DNA from: Actinomycetes bacterium
GTDB taxonomy: Bacteria > Actinomycetota > Acidimicrobiia > Acidimicrobiales > JAMCPL01
Direction: 5' to 3'
Length of the DNA stretch: 64,000 nt
Assembly (NCBI GenBank): GCA_021846515.1
Contig: JAJZWU010000005.1
Coordinates: 4,659 to 68,658 of the forward strand
In this document: positions 18,800-27,612 of the stretch, piece after piece
How the letters are laid out: every line of letters begins with the position of its first letter
Position numbering within the stretch: position 1 is the first letter of the stretch
The notes under the pieces: generated by a model
Database searches by the model: none
The model's input: only the letters and a program-made list of their open reading frames with translations
Told to the model about the DNA's origin: nothing
Program-made: the position numbers and the translations under genes

Positions 18800-20056
18800 C
18801 TATCGCTCAGAGAGCGACACCACATTTTCATATATTTCCGCATAAGAAGCAGCAAGAGCATGCATGGAATACTCTGAAGCATGTATTTTGGCACGATTCA
18901 GATCCTCCGGAGAAGCGGGAGGCTTGCCGTTTTTTACCGCATCCAATCCAAGCATCAACCCCTCGGAGAGCAACCTGGCATTCCCGGGCGGCACCAGAAT
19001 GCCGTAATCGCCAATTACAGCCCTGTATCCCGGAATATCGCTTGCAACAATTAGCGTAGACGCTGCCATGGCCTCCAGTGGTACCATACCAAACGACTCT
19101 CCCCCCAACGATGGAGCGCACAGGATATCTGCTGCGGCAATTTTATCAGCCAGCTCCTCGTCACGTAGTACTCCAAGCCATATTACCCCCGGATCGTCTC
19201 CGTACATAGATTGAAGCATGGCCGTCTCAGGACCTTCGCCCACCACCCATAGTAGTGGTTTTTCTGGAAGGCCGGAAATATCCCTGAAGGCTTCCAGCAG
19301 TACCTGCAACCCCTTACGCTTCTCATGCCTGCCCACAAAGATTATTACAGGTGACGTTGAATCAAGAATACTGCGTGTCCCCGTAAAGCGTCTTGTATCA
19401 ATGCCGTTCCATAAAACCTCGATAGAACGGCTATCCTTATTATCCGGTAGGTAGCCCTCTCCCAGCGCAACACATGCCGTCTTTGCAGCCTCGTACGATA
19501 CTGCACAGAGACGATCTATCCTGGAAGCCCCGTAACGAGCCAACGGAGACAGTAGCCGGTAGGAAAATCCTGCCCCCGCCCTATGAAAAGTTCCTACCAT
19601 AGGCAACCTGCATTTCAGCATACACATATATCCGATGCCGGGAGCAAACGGCTCATGTATATGCACAAGGTCGTAACCTCCCTGCCCGATAGAGTGAATG
19701 CCTCTCATCCATGAAACCGGCGATAGGTCTACGGGAGCTACTGAGCCATTTGCTCTAAGCGGTATGCTCTTGCCAACAATTCCTATCGTACCACGCCTGA
19801 GCATATTGGAATCCTCCAGATTGCAAATAAGCTCACTGGACGACTCATCAGGCACCTTGCCGGATCGTTCTGCGGTTGTATGCCGGGTAGCATTTCCACC
19901 GGATCCGCTGGCTGGAGCAAGTACCCGCACATCAATCGACATCTCTGAAAGTTCCCCGGCCAATCCCATAACCTGTCCCTGTACGCCACCTGGAACATCC
20001 AGAGCGTAAGGGCAAAGAAGTACTACTCGCAATATCGGGTACTCACCTTGTAACAT
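18800..20056 (-). CDS. pimA: GT4 glycosyltransferase, PimA-like phosphatidylinositol mannosyltransferase
   Basis: 418 aa. GT-B/GT4 with an E-x7-E region (GESFGMVPLEAMAA). It lies downstream of the PI synthase and acyltransferase genes, as in the mycobacterial pgsA1-Rv2611c-pimA cluster. It carries a ~40-aa polar insertion near the N-terminus. Confidence 0.7.
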   Translation of the reverse strand: MLQGEYPILRVVLLCPYALDVPGGVQGQVMGLAGELSEMSIDVRVLAPASGSGGNATRHTTAERSGKVPDESSSELICNLEDSNMLRRGTIGIVGKSIPLRANGSVAPVDLSPVSWMRGIHSIGQGGYDLVHIHEPFAPGIGYMCMLKCRLPMVGTFHRAGAGFSYRLLSPLARYGASRIDRLCAVSYEAAKTACVALGEGYLPDNKDSRSIEVLWNGIDTRRFTGTRSILDSTSPVIIFVGRHEKRKGLQVLLEAFRDISGLPEKPLLWVVGEGPETAMLQSMYGDDPGVIWLGVLRDEELADKIAAADILCAPSLGGESFGMVPLEAMAASTLIVASDIPGYRAVIGDYGILVPPGNARLLSEGLMLGLDAVKNGKPPASPEDLNRAKIHASEYSMHALAASYAEIYENVVSLSER

Positions 20057-20117
20057 CGGTCAATACCATTGCTTCCTCTATGCATAAATGGCCCAAGTAG
20101 ACTCATGGCATTTTCTT

Positions 20118-21008
20118 TTATGATATATCCTTCTGGGATACCCAATTTGGACTGAATATATACCACTGATCCGGAGCTCTTCTTATAAGCGACTCCAACT
20201 TGCAAATAATCTCCTGCGTATAAGCCGCTACATCCTTACGCAAATTGCCGGTAGGAGCGTACTCCACCGGAGCGGATATTGTTGCTATATGCATGCCGTC
20301 ATGCCCCTGGTAGACCACCGCCGGCAACACGGATGCGCCGGTTCTGAGCGACAGCAATGCAGGGCCTGGCGGCAATAATGCCTTATCTCCAAACAGGTCT
20401 ACCCCTACTCCCTGCCCGGTAACATCTCTATCGCAGATCAACCCAACCAAGCCACCACTATGCAAATTGGATGAGAGCTTTCCGGCTGCACCCTTATCCA
20501 GTGGAATAACCGTAATGCCCATAGCCTCTCTTGAAGAGCTGAACCATTCAAAAAGCTTCGGGGGATCCAGCACTTCAGCCACTGCGGCAAGCGGCATATC
20601 CTGGCGAAACAACCAAGCCCCTCCCCACTCCCAGCTGCCCATGTGAGCCAAAGCAAGGATAACACCGTTACCTCGCTTGTAGGCGCCGACCAGGTGGTCC
20701 ATACCGGAATCTACCATCATCCTGGAATCTATATCATATCCATTCATACGATTAAGCCGTATTCCATCCACCCAGTAACGCGCATAGGCTCCGGACACTC
20801 TTGCACTCCATGATCTGATTTCCCTCTCAGAGAGTCCATCGCCCAGCATTCTGCGGACAGCCTCTTCATAATAAAACCTGTAACCGGCATTCCATTTCAT
20901 TACAATATGCGAGACCAAAGATGCCACAAAGATTGCAGCAGACTCAGGGATAAGCTGTAGTACGGCAGCAATACCGCGATAAATAAGGTACTTTAAGTCA
21001 GAATGCAC
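20118..21008 (-). CDS. LpxL/HtrB-family lysophospholipid (PIM) acyltransferase
   Basis: 296 aa. HMGSWE (H-x4-E/D acyltransferase motif). Located between the PI synthase and pimA-like genes. Confidence 0.7.
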   Translation of the reverse strand: MHSDLKYLIYRGIAAVLQLIPESAAIFVASLVSHIVMKWNAGYRFYYEEAVRRMLGDGLSEREIRSWSARVSGAYARYWVDGIRLNRMNGYDIDSRMMVDSGMDHLVGAYKRGNGVILALAHMGSWEWGGAWLFRQDMPLAAVAEVLDPPKLFEWFSSSREAMGITVIPLDKGAAGKLSSNLHSGGLVGLICDRDVTGQGVGVDLFGDKALLPPGPALLSLRTGASVLPAVVYQGHDGMHIATISAPVEYAPTGNLRKDVAAYTQEIICKLESLIRRAPDQWYIFSPNWVSQKDIS

Positions 21009-21016
21009 TCAGCCAA

Positions 21017-21868
21017 TCAAGCCTGTCGGGTAGCTTTCGACGATGTACGCCATGATTTGATCTTGTCTACCTGTGATCTCCACTCCCCGTTACGCCGAAT
21101 CCGTCTGTCCTCCCTTTTTGCCCTATGGGCATCTTTTGCTACCCTCCTACGATCCAGGCGCTCAATGCGCCATGTCCTGAGCCTCTCCTCGATAGGCTCC
21201 CGCCTCTGTGTGGTAGATACCGGCTGGAATGCTCTTCCTGGCAGCCAACCTCTCTTGTACGATCTCGCGGCCCCGGCAGAGGTGGCAACATTTGCAGCAG
21301 ACACCCATACCAGCCTGAACCTGCCAATTGCAGTAATACTGACAAGACCCAGAAATACCCAGAGAACCGGAACAAGACCCTGTGGTGACAGGAATGCTAC
21401 ACCAAGCAGGATAAAACGCTCCGCTCTTTCCATCAATCCACCCTTGGCAGATATGCCCAGTGATTCTGCTTTCGATCTCTGGTAGGAGATAACATAGGTT
21501 ACAGACAGGATAGCAACCGGCAACAGGGCAAGCTCACCCTCATGTACCCGTATCAGGTACCACGCAACACCCGAGAACATCAGGGCATCGGACACACGAT
21601 CAGACACCGAATCGAGGAACGCTCCCTGCACGGAAGCACTTGAGGAGGCTTTCGCAACGGGGCCGTCAAATAGGTCGGGAAGACCCGCCAGAAAAAGCAA
21701 TGGCACTCCCCAGATGAGATGGCCGCTTCCTACAACTACTGCAAGTACCGCCGACATGACCAATCCAAATAGCGTCAGGTGATTGGCTCTTATACCGAGC
21801 TTGACCAGAAATTGGCCGACAGGTTTGGTCGACTTATCGACACCCTTACGCCACCGGCCATCAAGCAT
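21017..21868 (-). CDS. pgsA1: CDP-alcohol phosphatidyltransferase, phosphatidylinositol(-phosphate) synthase-like, with Arg-rich C-terminal tail
   Basis: 283 aa. DLFDGPVAK-x8-GAFLDSVSDRVSD motif and multiple TM helices. First gene of the PI/PIM block. The final ~80 aa are highly basic (RREPIEERLRTWRIERLDRRRVAKDAHRAKREDRRIRR...). Confidence 0.7.
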   Translation of the reverse strand: MLDGRWRKGVDKSTKPVGQFLVKLGIRANHLTLFGLVMSAVLAVVVGSGHLIWGVPLLFLAGLPDLFDGPVAKASSSASVQGAFLDSVSDRVSDALMFSGVAWYLIRVHEGELALLPVAILSVTYVISYQRSKAESLGISAKGGLMERAERFILLGVAFLSPQGLVPVLWVFLGLVSITAIGRFRLVWVSAANVATSAGAARSYKRGWLPGRAFQPVSTTQRREPIEERLRTWRIERLDRRRVAKDAHRAKREDRRIRRNGEWRSQVDKIKSWRTSSKATRQA

Positions 21869-22090
21869 TACATATCCTTACTATTTTCAACATAGCCTTA
21901 TTGATAGTATACCTCAGCCTTAGATGCCCTGCCAATTCTCTGCCAATTGGATGTTGTGAGATTACCAAAAAGGCTGCCCCACGTTCATGCGCGGCCGCTT
22001 GGATGCATAATGAGCCGCACCACTGGCAAAGTCTGCCCAAAACGCGTAGCATATACTATATAAGAAACAGCCTAGTAAGGGAGGTACCTG

Positions 22091-24157
22091 ATGGAAGGAT
22101 ATCAGCCCAGCAGGATACGCAATGTAGCGTTAGTTGGACATAACGGTAGCGGTAAGACGACGCTCTGCGAGTCTCTGCTTTTTACCGGTGGAGCAATACC
22201 CAAAAAGGGGTCGGTCGATGCCGGTAACTCAGTATGTGACTTCGAGCCCGAAGAGATCAATCACCATATGTCTGTATCAATAACGCTTGCACCGTTCGTA
22301 TCCGAGCAGGTAAAAATAAACGTAATCGACTGTCCGGGGTACGTTGACTTCTTTGAAGAAGTAAGAACCGCTCTGTCTGTAGTGGATCTTGCTGTGGTGG
22401 TCATATCTGGAGTGGAAGGAATAGAACCACAGACCAGGGAGGTGTGGGATTACCTGAACTCATTGCACCTGCCAAGAATGATATTTGTAAACAAGCTCGA
22501 TCGGGACAACTCCGATTTCAACCGTATCCTGGACCAAGCAAGCACGGAATTGGGTGAAGGCATCCTCCCTGCCCAGCTACCCGTAGGAGCAGCTTCCGGT
22601 TTCAGGGGAATAGTCGATCTCGCCGGCAATACATACATCGACTACGACCAGGGTAAGCCGGCAACAAGAGATATACCGGCCGAGTTGGTGGACACTGTCG
22701 GCAGTATGCGGGAGAAGTTCATTGAGGGAACAGTAGTAGCAGATGATAATTTGATGGAGAAATACCTTGAAGGCATCCTGCCAGACCAGGAATCGTTGTC
22801 CAAAACACTTTCCAGGGCAGTCTCTGGATGCGACGTTTTCCCTGTGCTGTGTGGATCGGCTGCAAATGATACAGGGGTTGATCTGCTCACAAAAGCCATT
22901 GTTTCTATAGGGCCTTCGCCGGATTCGATACCCGGGCCCACGGCCATAGCCGGTGATACCGAGGTGGAGGTACCCTGCGATCCCAAAGAAAAAGAGGTAT
23001 TAAGAGTATTCAAGACCTTTAGTGATCCTTATGTGGGCAAGATATCAATTATGAAAGTACTTTCCGGTACTGTCAAACCTGATTCTACGCTGATCAACTC
23101 CACCAACCACACCGAAGAGCGTCTTCACGTCATTGAGTTACTGCGCGGAAAGCACTCTGAACCCGTCTCGGCAGCTATGGCAGGTGACATTCTGGCAGTT
23201 CCCAAGCTGGCCAACGTCTCCACATTTGATACCCTGAGCGCCAAGGGGTTCCCAATCACAATCGAAGCACCTCCCGTGGGATACGCCAATTATGCTGTTG
23301 CGATAGAGCCGCGAACAAAAGATGACGAGGACAAACTGATGACCGCTCTCCACAAGTTGCAGGATGAAGATATAGCGCTTCGAGTAGAGCGAGTGGATGA
23401 GACACATCAGACATTACTATGGGCAATGGGAGATACGCATATACACATATTGCTCGAACGGCTGGCACGTAAAAACGGCGTAGAGGTATCGGTAACTGAA
23501 GTAGCCATTCCATATCGTGAGACCATAACTCGCCAGGCACAGGGTGAGGGAAAGTACAAGAAACAGACCGGTGGGCATGGCCAGTATGGAGTGGCGAATA
23601 TACGTATTGAACCCCTAGAACGAGGAGGAGGATTTGTATTCAGTGACGAGGTGGTAGGTGGGGCTATTCCCAGGCAGTATATACCGGCGGTACAAAAAGG
23701 CATAGAAGAATCAATGGCGCAGGGAGGAGCTTACGGGTACCCCGTAGTAGACATACATGTGACTTGCTACGACGGTAAGTACCACCCTGTAGATTCATCC
23801 GAACTAAGTTTCAAGATGGCAGGAGCATTGGCTTTCAGGGAGGCGCTTTCAAATGCCGGTCCCGTCATGCTGGAACCCGTATCCAAAATTCAGGTGAGTG
23901 TCCCAGAAGCCCTCCAGGGAGACATACTCGGCGACCTAAGTTCCAGGCGTGGACACGTACAGGGATCAGAACCGGGATCACTTGACGGCATCGCCAGCCA
24001 CATGACGACGATAACTGCTTTCGTGCCCACATCAGAAATAACGCGATATGCACTTGACCTCAGGTCACTGACAGGCGGTAGGGGAAAGTTCCGATCCATC
24101 CACGACCACTACGATACCCTGCCCTCCAACCTGGTAGACAAACTTAAAAAGTCTTAA
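22091..24157 (+). CDS. Elongation factor G paralogue (EF-G2 / EF-G-like)
   Basis: 688 aa with five-domain EF-G architecture. G1 is GHNGSGKTT, G3 is DCPGYVDF and G4 is NKLD. Strong SD (AAGGGAGG). Confidence 0.85.
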   Translation: MEGYQPSRIRNVALVGHNGSGKTTLCESLLFTGGAIPKKGSVDAGNSVCDFEPEEINHHMSVSITLAPFVSEQVKINVIDCPGYVDFFEEVRTALSVVDLAVVVISGVEGIEPQTREVWDYLNSLHLPRMIFVNKLDRDNSDFNRILDQASTELGEGILPAQLPVGAASGFRGIVDLAGNTYIDYDQGKPATRDIPAELVDTVGSMREKFIEGTVVADDNLMEKYLEGILPDQESLSKTLSRAVSGCDVFPVLCGSAANDTGVDLLTKAIVSIGPSPDSIPGPTAIAGDTEVEVPCDPKEKEVLRVFKTFSDPYVGKISIMKVLSGTVKPDSTLINSTNHTEERLHVIELLRGKHSEPVSAAMAGDILAVPKLANVSTFDTLSAKGFPITIEAPPVGYANYAVAIEPRTKDDEDKLMTALHKLQDEDIALRVERVDETHQTLLWAMGDTHIHILLERLARKNGVEVSVTEVAIPYRETITRQAQGEGKYKKQTGGHGQYGVANIRIEPLERGGGFVFSDEVVGGAIPRQYIPAVQKGIEESMAQGGAYGYPVVDIHVTCYDGKYHPVDSSELSFKMAGALAFREALSNAGPVMLEPVSKIQVSVPEALQGDILGDLSSRRGHVQGSEPGSLDGIASHMTTITAFVPTSEITRYALDLRSLTGGRGKFRSIHDHYDTLPSNLVDKLKKS

Positions 24158-24161
24158 TAAA

Positions 24162-24911
24162 CTATATTCCCCTACCGGACAGCAGGCCGCCTATTACTCC
24201 ACCGGCAGCACCGGCAGTCATATCACCACCTGCACTGTTACCTGGGAGGTACGGTGCAAGGGCACCGGCAAGCTGAGGCAAACTCATAGTCTGCAGCCAC
24301 ACCGTGCCCGGTCCGGTAAGTGACGCCAAGAAAAAGCCGTCCTTGCCGAATAGTATATTAGATACCCCGTGTATTCTGGAAAGGCTGCAGTTCACGGATG
24401 CGCTAAAGGCTCCGACATGGCCCGGATGAACGAGCATCTGCTGGCCGGGTTGCAGGTCGTATTGGATTATCTCCCCGGAGAGTTCCAACCAGGCACGACC
24501 GGCACCATCCAGCTTTTCGAGCATAAAGCCGGTACCGGAGAAGAGGCCACTCCCGAAACTCTGCTGGAAACCTATGCTTACCTGTACATCCGGAGTTCCA
24601 CACAACCAGCCATCACGGTGGACCATGACTGACCCGGTAGTGGATAGATCCACCGGAAAAATCCTACCGGGGAGTTTGGCGGCAAAAGCTACCGTTCCGG
24701 GTCCATTGGCTGCCTCGTAACGCGTTACACCAAAACCACCTCCTGCAACGGCTCTGGATATCCTGCCCATAATACCCTGGCCCTTCTGGGGAGCCATGGC
24801 AATGTTCGGCGACATCCAGGAAAGCTCACCATGTTCGGTAATAACAGCCTCGCCCTGCTGGAGTTCGACAACGAGTACCGGCATGGTGGTTCCTTCAATA
24901 TGATCTTGCAT
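24162..24911 (-). CDS. AIM24 / TIGR00266 (DUF124) family protein
   Basis: 249 aa with the typical family layout (VVELQQGEAVITEHGELSWMSPNI...) and a Gly-rich C-terminal tail. Function unknown. Confidence 0.7.
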   Translation of the reverse strand: MQDHIEGTTMPVLVVELQQGEAVITEHGELSWMSPNIAMAPQKGQGIMGRISRAVAGGGFGVTRYEAANGPGTVAFAAKLPGRIFPVDLSTTGSVMVHRDGWLCGTPDVQVSIGFQQSFGSGLFSGTGFMLEKLDGAGRAWLELSGEIIQYDLQPGQQMLVHPGHVGAFSASVNCSLSRIHGVSNILFGKDGFFLASLTGPGTVWLQTMSLPQLAGALAPYLPGNSAGGDMTAGAAGGVIGGLLSGRGI

Positions 24912-25017
24912 TGGTAATACCTCCTTTATGATAAGTTGTAATTTCTACTATCTCACATCTTTTCTACGACATCACGACTTGAGCATATATTCTCCACCCA
25001 GGCTATACATTAACTCG

Positions 25018-25914
25018 CTAACTCACTGCAAGAGGAGCACCGCATGATGTGCAAAACGATACCCCTGGTGCGTTTTGGTTGCCGCAGTGTGGACATTGCA
25101 GCCCTGAGGGTTGTGTGGGTTGCGGGGAGGTCGGTGGTGTACCAGCGGGTTGGACATAATATTCAGGCTGCACTGGGGGTTGTACCGGCTCCTGGGGTAC
25201 CGGCTCCTGGGGTATGCCTACACCCTGATAGGGTACCTGTTGCTGGTAACCGGGTTGGGGGTACCCCTGCTGCGGGCCAGACTGGGGGGCACCCTGTTGC
25301 GGATAGCCTTGCTGAGGATAGCCGGGCTGGGGAGCACCCTGTTGCGGAGTTCCCTGAAACATACCAGGAGCAGCTGTGCCTGCAGGATAATTGCCAGAAA
25401 CCTTGGATATTTGAGCAAATTGCCATGCGCGCCACTCCCCCCAGGCTGCATAGAGTACACCGATGGCAAGAAGCAGCCCCAGCCATGCAAACAAACCGTA
25501 GACATAAAGCACCAGGCCCATGTGACTGGTAAGCAGGCTCAAATTCGTGATTACACGCAACAGGCCAAAAAGAAATACCAGACCACCAAGAACCGCCGCT
25601 ATCAAGCTACGGTAGTGGTTGGGGATAGGCATGGATATCCTGGCAAGCCGGATACCAGCCCATATAAAAAGCAAAAATGCGAAAACTCCTGCGGCTGCAC
25701 CCGCACCACCCCATCCGTTCATCGAAAAAGGAGCAGAAAACGACATTGACGATGATCCATATGGAACAGTAAAGGTAGACTTCGTCCACGGCAGGAACAA
25801 AATAATGAAATAAGCTATGGACAATCCTGCAATAAGCCCATCTGACGCAACAGGTTGAGCAGGGTATTGTTGTATACCACTACCCTGTGGCATACCCGAT
25901 GGTGATCCTTGCAT
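25018..25914 (-). CDS. Membrane protein with P/Q-rich repeats and C-terminal zinc-ribbon
   Basis: About four hydrophobic helices, then a (PQQGY/PQEPV) low-complexity region that includes a perfect 15-bp x2 tandem repeat at 25183-25212, then CPHCGNQNAPGVSFCTSCG (C-x2-C...C-x2-C). Start chosen at MQGSPSG, which has a GAGGAG SD 9 nt upstream. Confidence 0.65.
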   Translation of the reverse strand: MQGSPSGMPQGSGIQQYPAQPVASDGLIAGLSIAYFIILFLPWTKSTFTVPYGSSSMSFSAPFSMNGWGGAGAAAGVFAFLLFIWAGIRLARISMPIPNHYRSLIAAVLGGLVFLFGLLRVITNLSLLTSHMGLVLYVYGLFAWLGLLLAIGVLYAAWGEWRAWQFAQISKVSGNYPAGTAAPGMFQGTPQQGAPQPGYPQQGYPQQGAPQSGPQQGYPQPGYQQQVPYQGVGIPQEPVPQEPVQPPVQPEYYVQPAGTPPTSPQPTQPSGLQCPHCGNQNAPGVSFCTSCGAPLAVS

Positions 25915-26120
25915 ATATAGCATCTCCTCTCTACATAATCGTGTCTCGACTAAAAATAAAATCATATCACACCCCCAAAGATGGTGCCCAAGAAAGAAGA
26001 GAATTATTTTTCAAATGCCCTGTGATGGTCGACCCAGTGCAGAACCATCAACCCGGTTTGAAGAGGTGGTGATAACGCTCATAATACAGCAAGCATTGTC
26101 CATCGGATTGCTCATCATAC

Positions 26121-26126
26121 TATAAT
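26121..26126 (+). promoter_or_regulatory. Consensus -10 hexamer TATAAT, 6 nt upstream of the cobL ATG (leaderless architecture)
   Basis: The sequence reads catacTATAATgcaactATG. There is no SD. The only -35 candidate is weak (TTGTCC, 19-nt spacer). Confidence 0.4.
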
Positions 26127-26132
26127 GCAACT

Positions 26133-27536
26133 ATGCAGGATACCTCCAAATCCGCTGCCTACGAACACAACAAAGCACCGGCTCATCGCCCGGCCAACGT
26201 CGCTGTAATAGGCGTGTTGGGCAATCAGATAGAGCTAATATGCTCTGAAGCGCGCACTGCACTGGAAAATGCAGAATGTATCTGCGGATCAAAAATGCTA
26301 CTTAAGACCATGCACAATAAGTTTGGGCCAAGCTGTGAGGGAATAAAAACGGTCGAGTATGGTCACAATATGTTTGCCGCATTGGAGATGCTCGCTGAAT
26401 GGGCATCCAATGGCACGAGGATAGCCATATTGGCGTCCGGTGATCCCGGGTTTTTTGGAGTATTGCGAGCGCTACTACAACTGGTCAGTGGTGAATCAAT
26501 AGCTGTATACCCGTCTGTATCATCGATATCCATGGCATTTGCCAGGATAGGAGTACCGTGGGACGATGCTACTATCGTATCTGCGCACGGGCGGCCAAGT
26601 GAACTGGCTATCCCTCGCATACTGTCATCTTTCAAATCGGCAGTACTTACTTCTCCATCTTTTCCACCACAAGAACTGGCCAGAGAGTTGCTGGCCAGAA
26701 ATGCCCATGTATCAAAAGCGTATGTGTGCTCAAATCTGTGCACAGAGACAGAGTATGTTGACGAGCTCAGCCTTGAAGAGATGGTGAAGGGACAGTTTGA
26801 TCCTGTATCGGTGAGCATATTTCTCGGAATAAATGGAATCCCTATAGGTGGCTATGAGCCGGCTTCGCTCGAAACCCGGCGATTGGATGAAGCTACAATC
26901 AGCTTTACCACTGAACCCAATTCAACTCCAATCAAATTCGGTCTGCCGGATAGCTCCTTCCAGGCCATTGGAGGTCAAATAACCGGCAGCGAGTTGCGAG
27001 CGATTATCTTATCCAAACTGGAATTGCCGGCACACGGAGTCCTCTGGGATGTCGGCGCCGGTAGCGGCTCTGTAGCGATAGAATCGGCAAAGCTTTCACC
27101 GGGACTCACGGTACTGGCCATAGATAAAGAGGAGCAGGCAATCAGGAATATACAGGCCAATGCCCTATCTCATAGAGTGCGGGTACATACGATACATGGA
27201 CTTGCCCCGGATGTATTCAGTGGGCTGCCTGCGCCCGACAGAGTGTTTGCCGGGGGGGGTAAACTACCTGTACTGGAAGCACTGGTAGGGATGAGTCCCC
27301 ACCCGCAACGAATCGTGGCCAGCTATGTTGCCCTGGATCGTGCGGCAGCGGCGGCCGAGATACTGGGATCGATGGTTCAAGTCTCGGTATCAGAGACCAG
27401 GAGGTTGCCCGATGGGTCACTCCGGCTGGTACCAAACAACCCGGTATTCCTGGCATATGGAGACCTGGGGGGCAAAGCAGGAGAGACAGGCATGCCGGGT
27501 AACATGCCTGCAACAATTACCCACATCACCAGATGA
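26133..27536 (+). CDS. cobL: Precorrin-6Y/cobalt-precorrin-6B C5,15-methyltransferase (decarboxylating), CbiE-CbiT fusion
   Basis: 467 aa. Tetrapyrrole methylase half (IAILASGDPGFFG) and class-I methyltransferase half (LWDVGAGSGSVAIE). Confidence 0.85.
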   Translation: MQDTSKSAAYEHNKAPAHRPANVAVIGVLGNQIELICSEARTALENAECICGSKMLLKTMHNKFGPSCEGIKTVEYGHNMFAALEMLAEWASNGTRIAILASGDPGFFGVLRALLQLVSGESIAVYPSVSSISMAFARIGVPWDDATIVSAHGRPSELAIPRILSSFKSAVLTSPSFPPQELARELLARNAHVSKAYVCSNLCTETEYVDELSLEEMVKGQFDPVSVSIFLGINGIPIGGYEPASLETRRLDEATISFTTEPNSTPIKFGLPDSSFQAIGGQITGSELRAIILSKLELPAHGVLWDVGAGSGSVAIESAKLSPGLTVLAIDKEEQAIRNIQANALSHRVRVHTIHGLAPDVFSGLPAPDRVFAGGGKLPVLEALVGMSPHPQRIVASYVALDRAAAAAEILGSMVQVSVSETRRLPDGSLRLVPNNPVFLAYGDLGGKAGETGMPGNMPATITHITR

Positions 27537-27612
27537 TCTTCACGGGCGATACCTCAGAAAAACCACCAGAATCTGCTATGGCCACCACCAAGATAACCTA
27601 CAATAGCCTGCT

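Noticed and set aside
25044-25749. Long plus-strand ORFs (162 aa and 212 aa) and extra minus-strand ORFs overlapping the P/Q-rich membrane protein gene.
   Set aside because: They are reading-frame artefacts of the low-complexity CCN/CAG-rich repeat region. They have no recognisable motifs or SD, and they lie entirely inside a better-supported gene.
25966-26132. Possible cobalamin riboswitch in the 167-nt region upstream of cobL.
   Set aside because: I could not find the conserved core elements: no B12-box-like GCCACTG/AGYCMGG..CCKGCC segment and no GGGAA / GGTGAAA.TCC junctions. A consensus -10 sits only 6 nt before the ATG, which leaves no room for a leader. A covariance-model scan (Rfam RF00174) would settle it.
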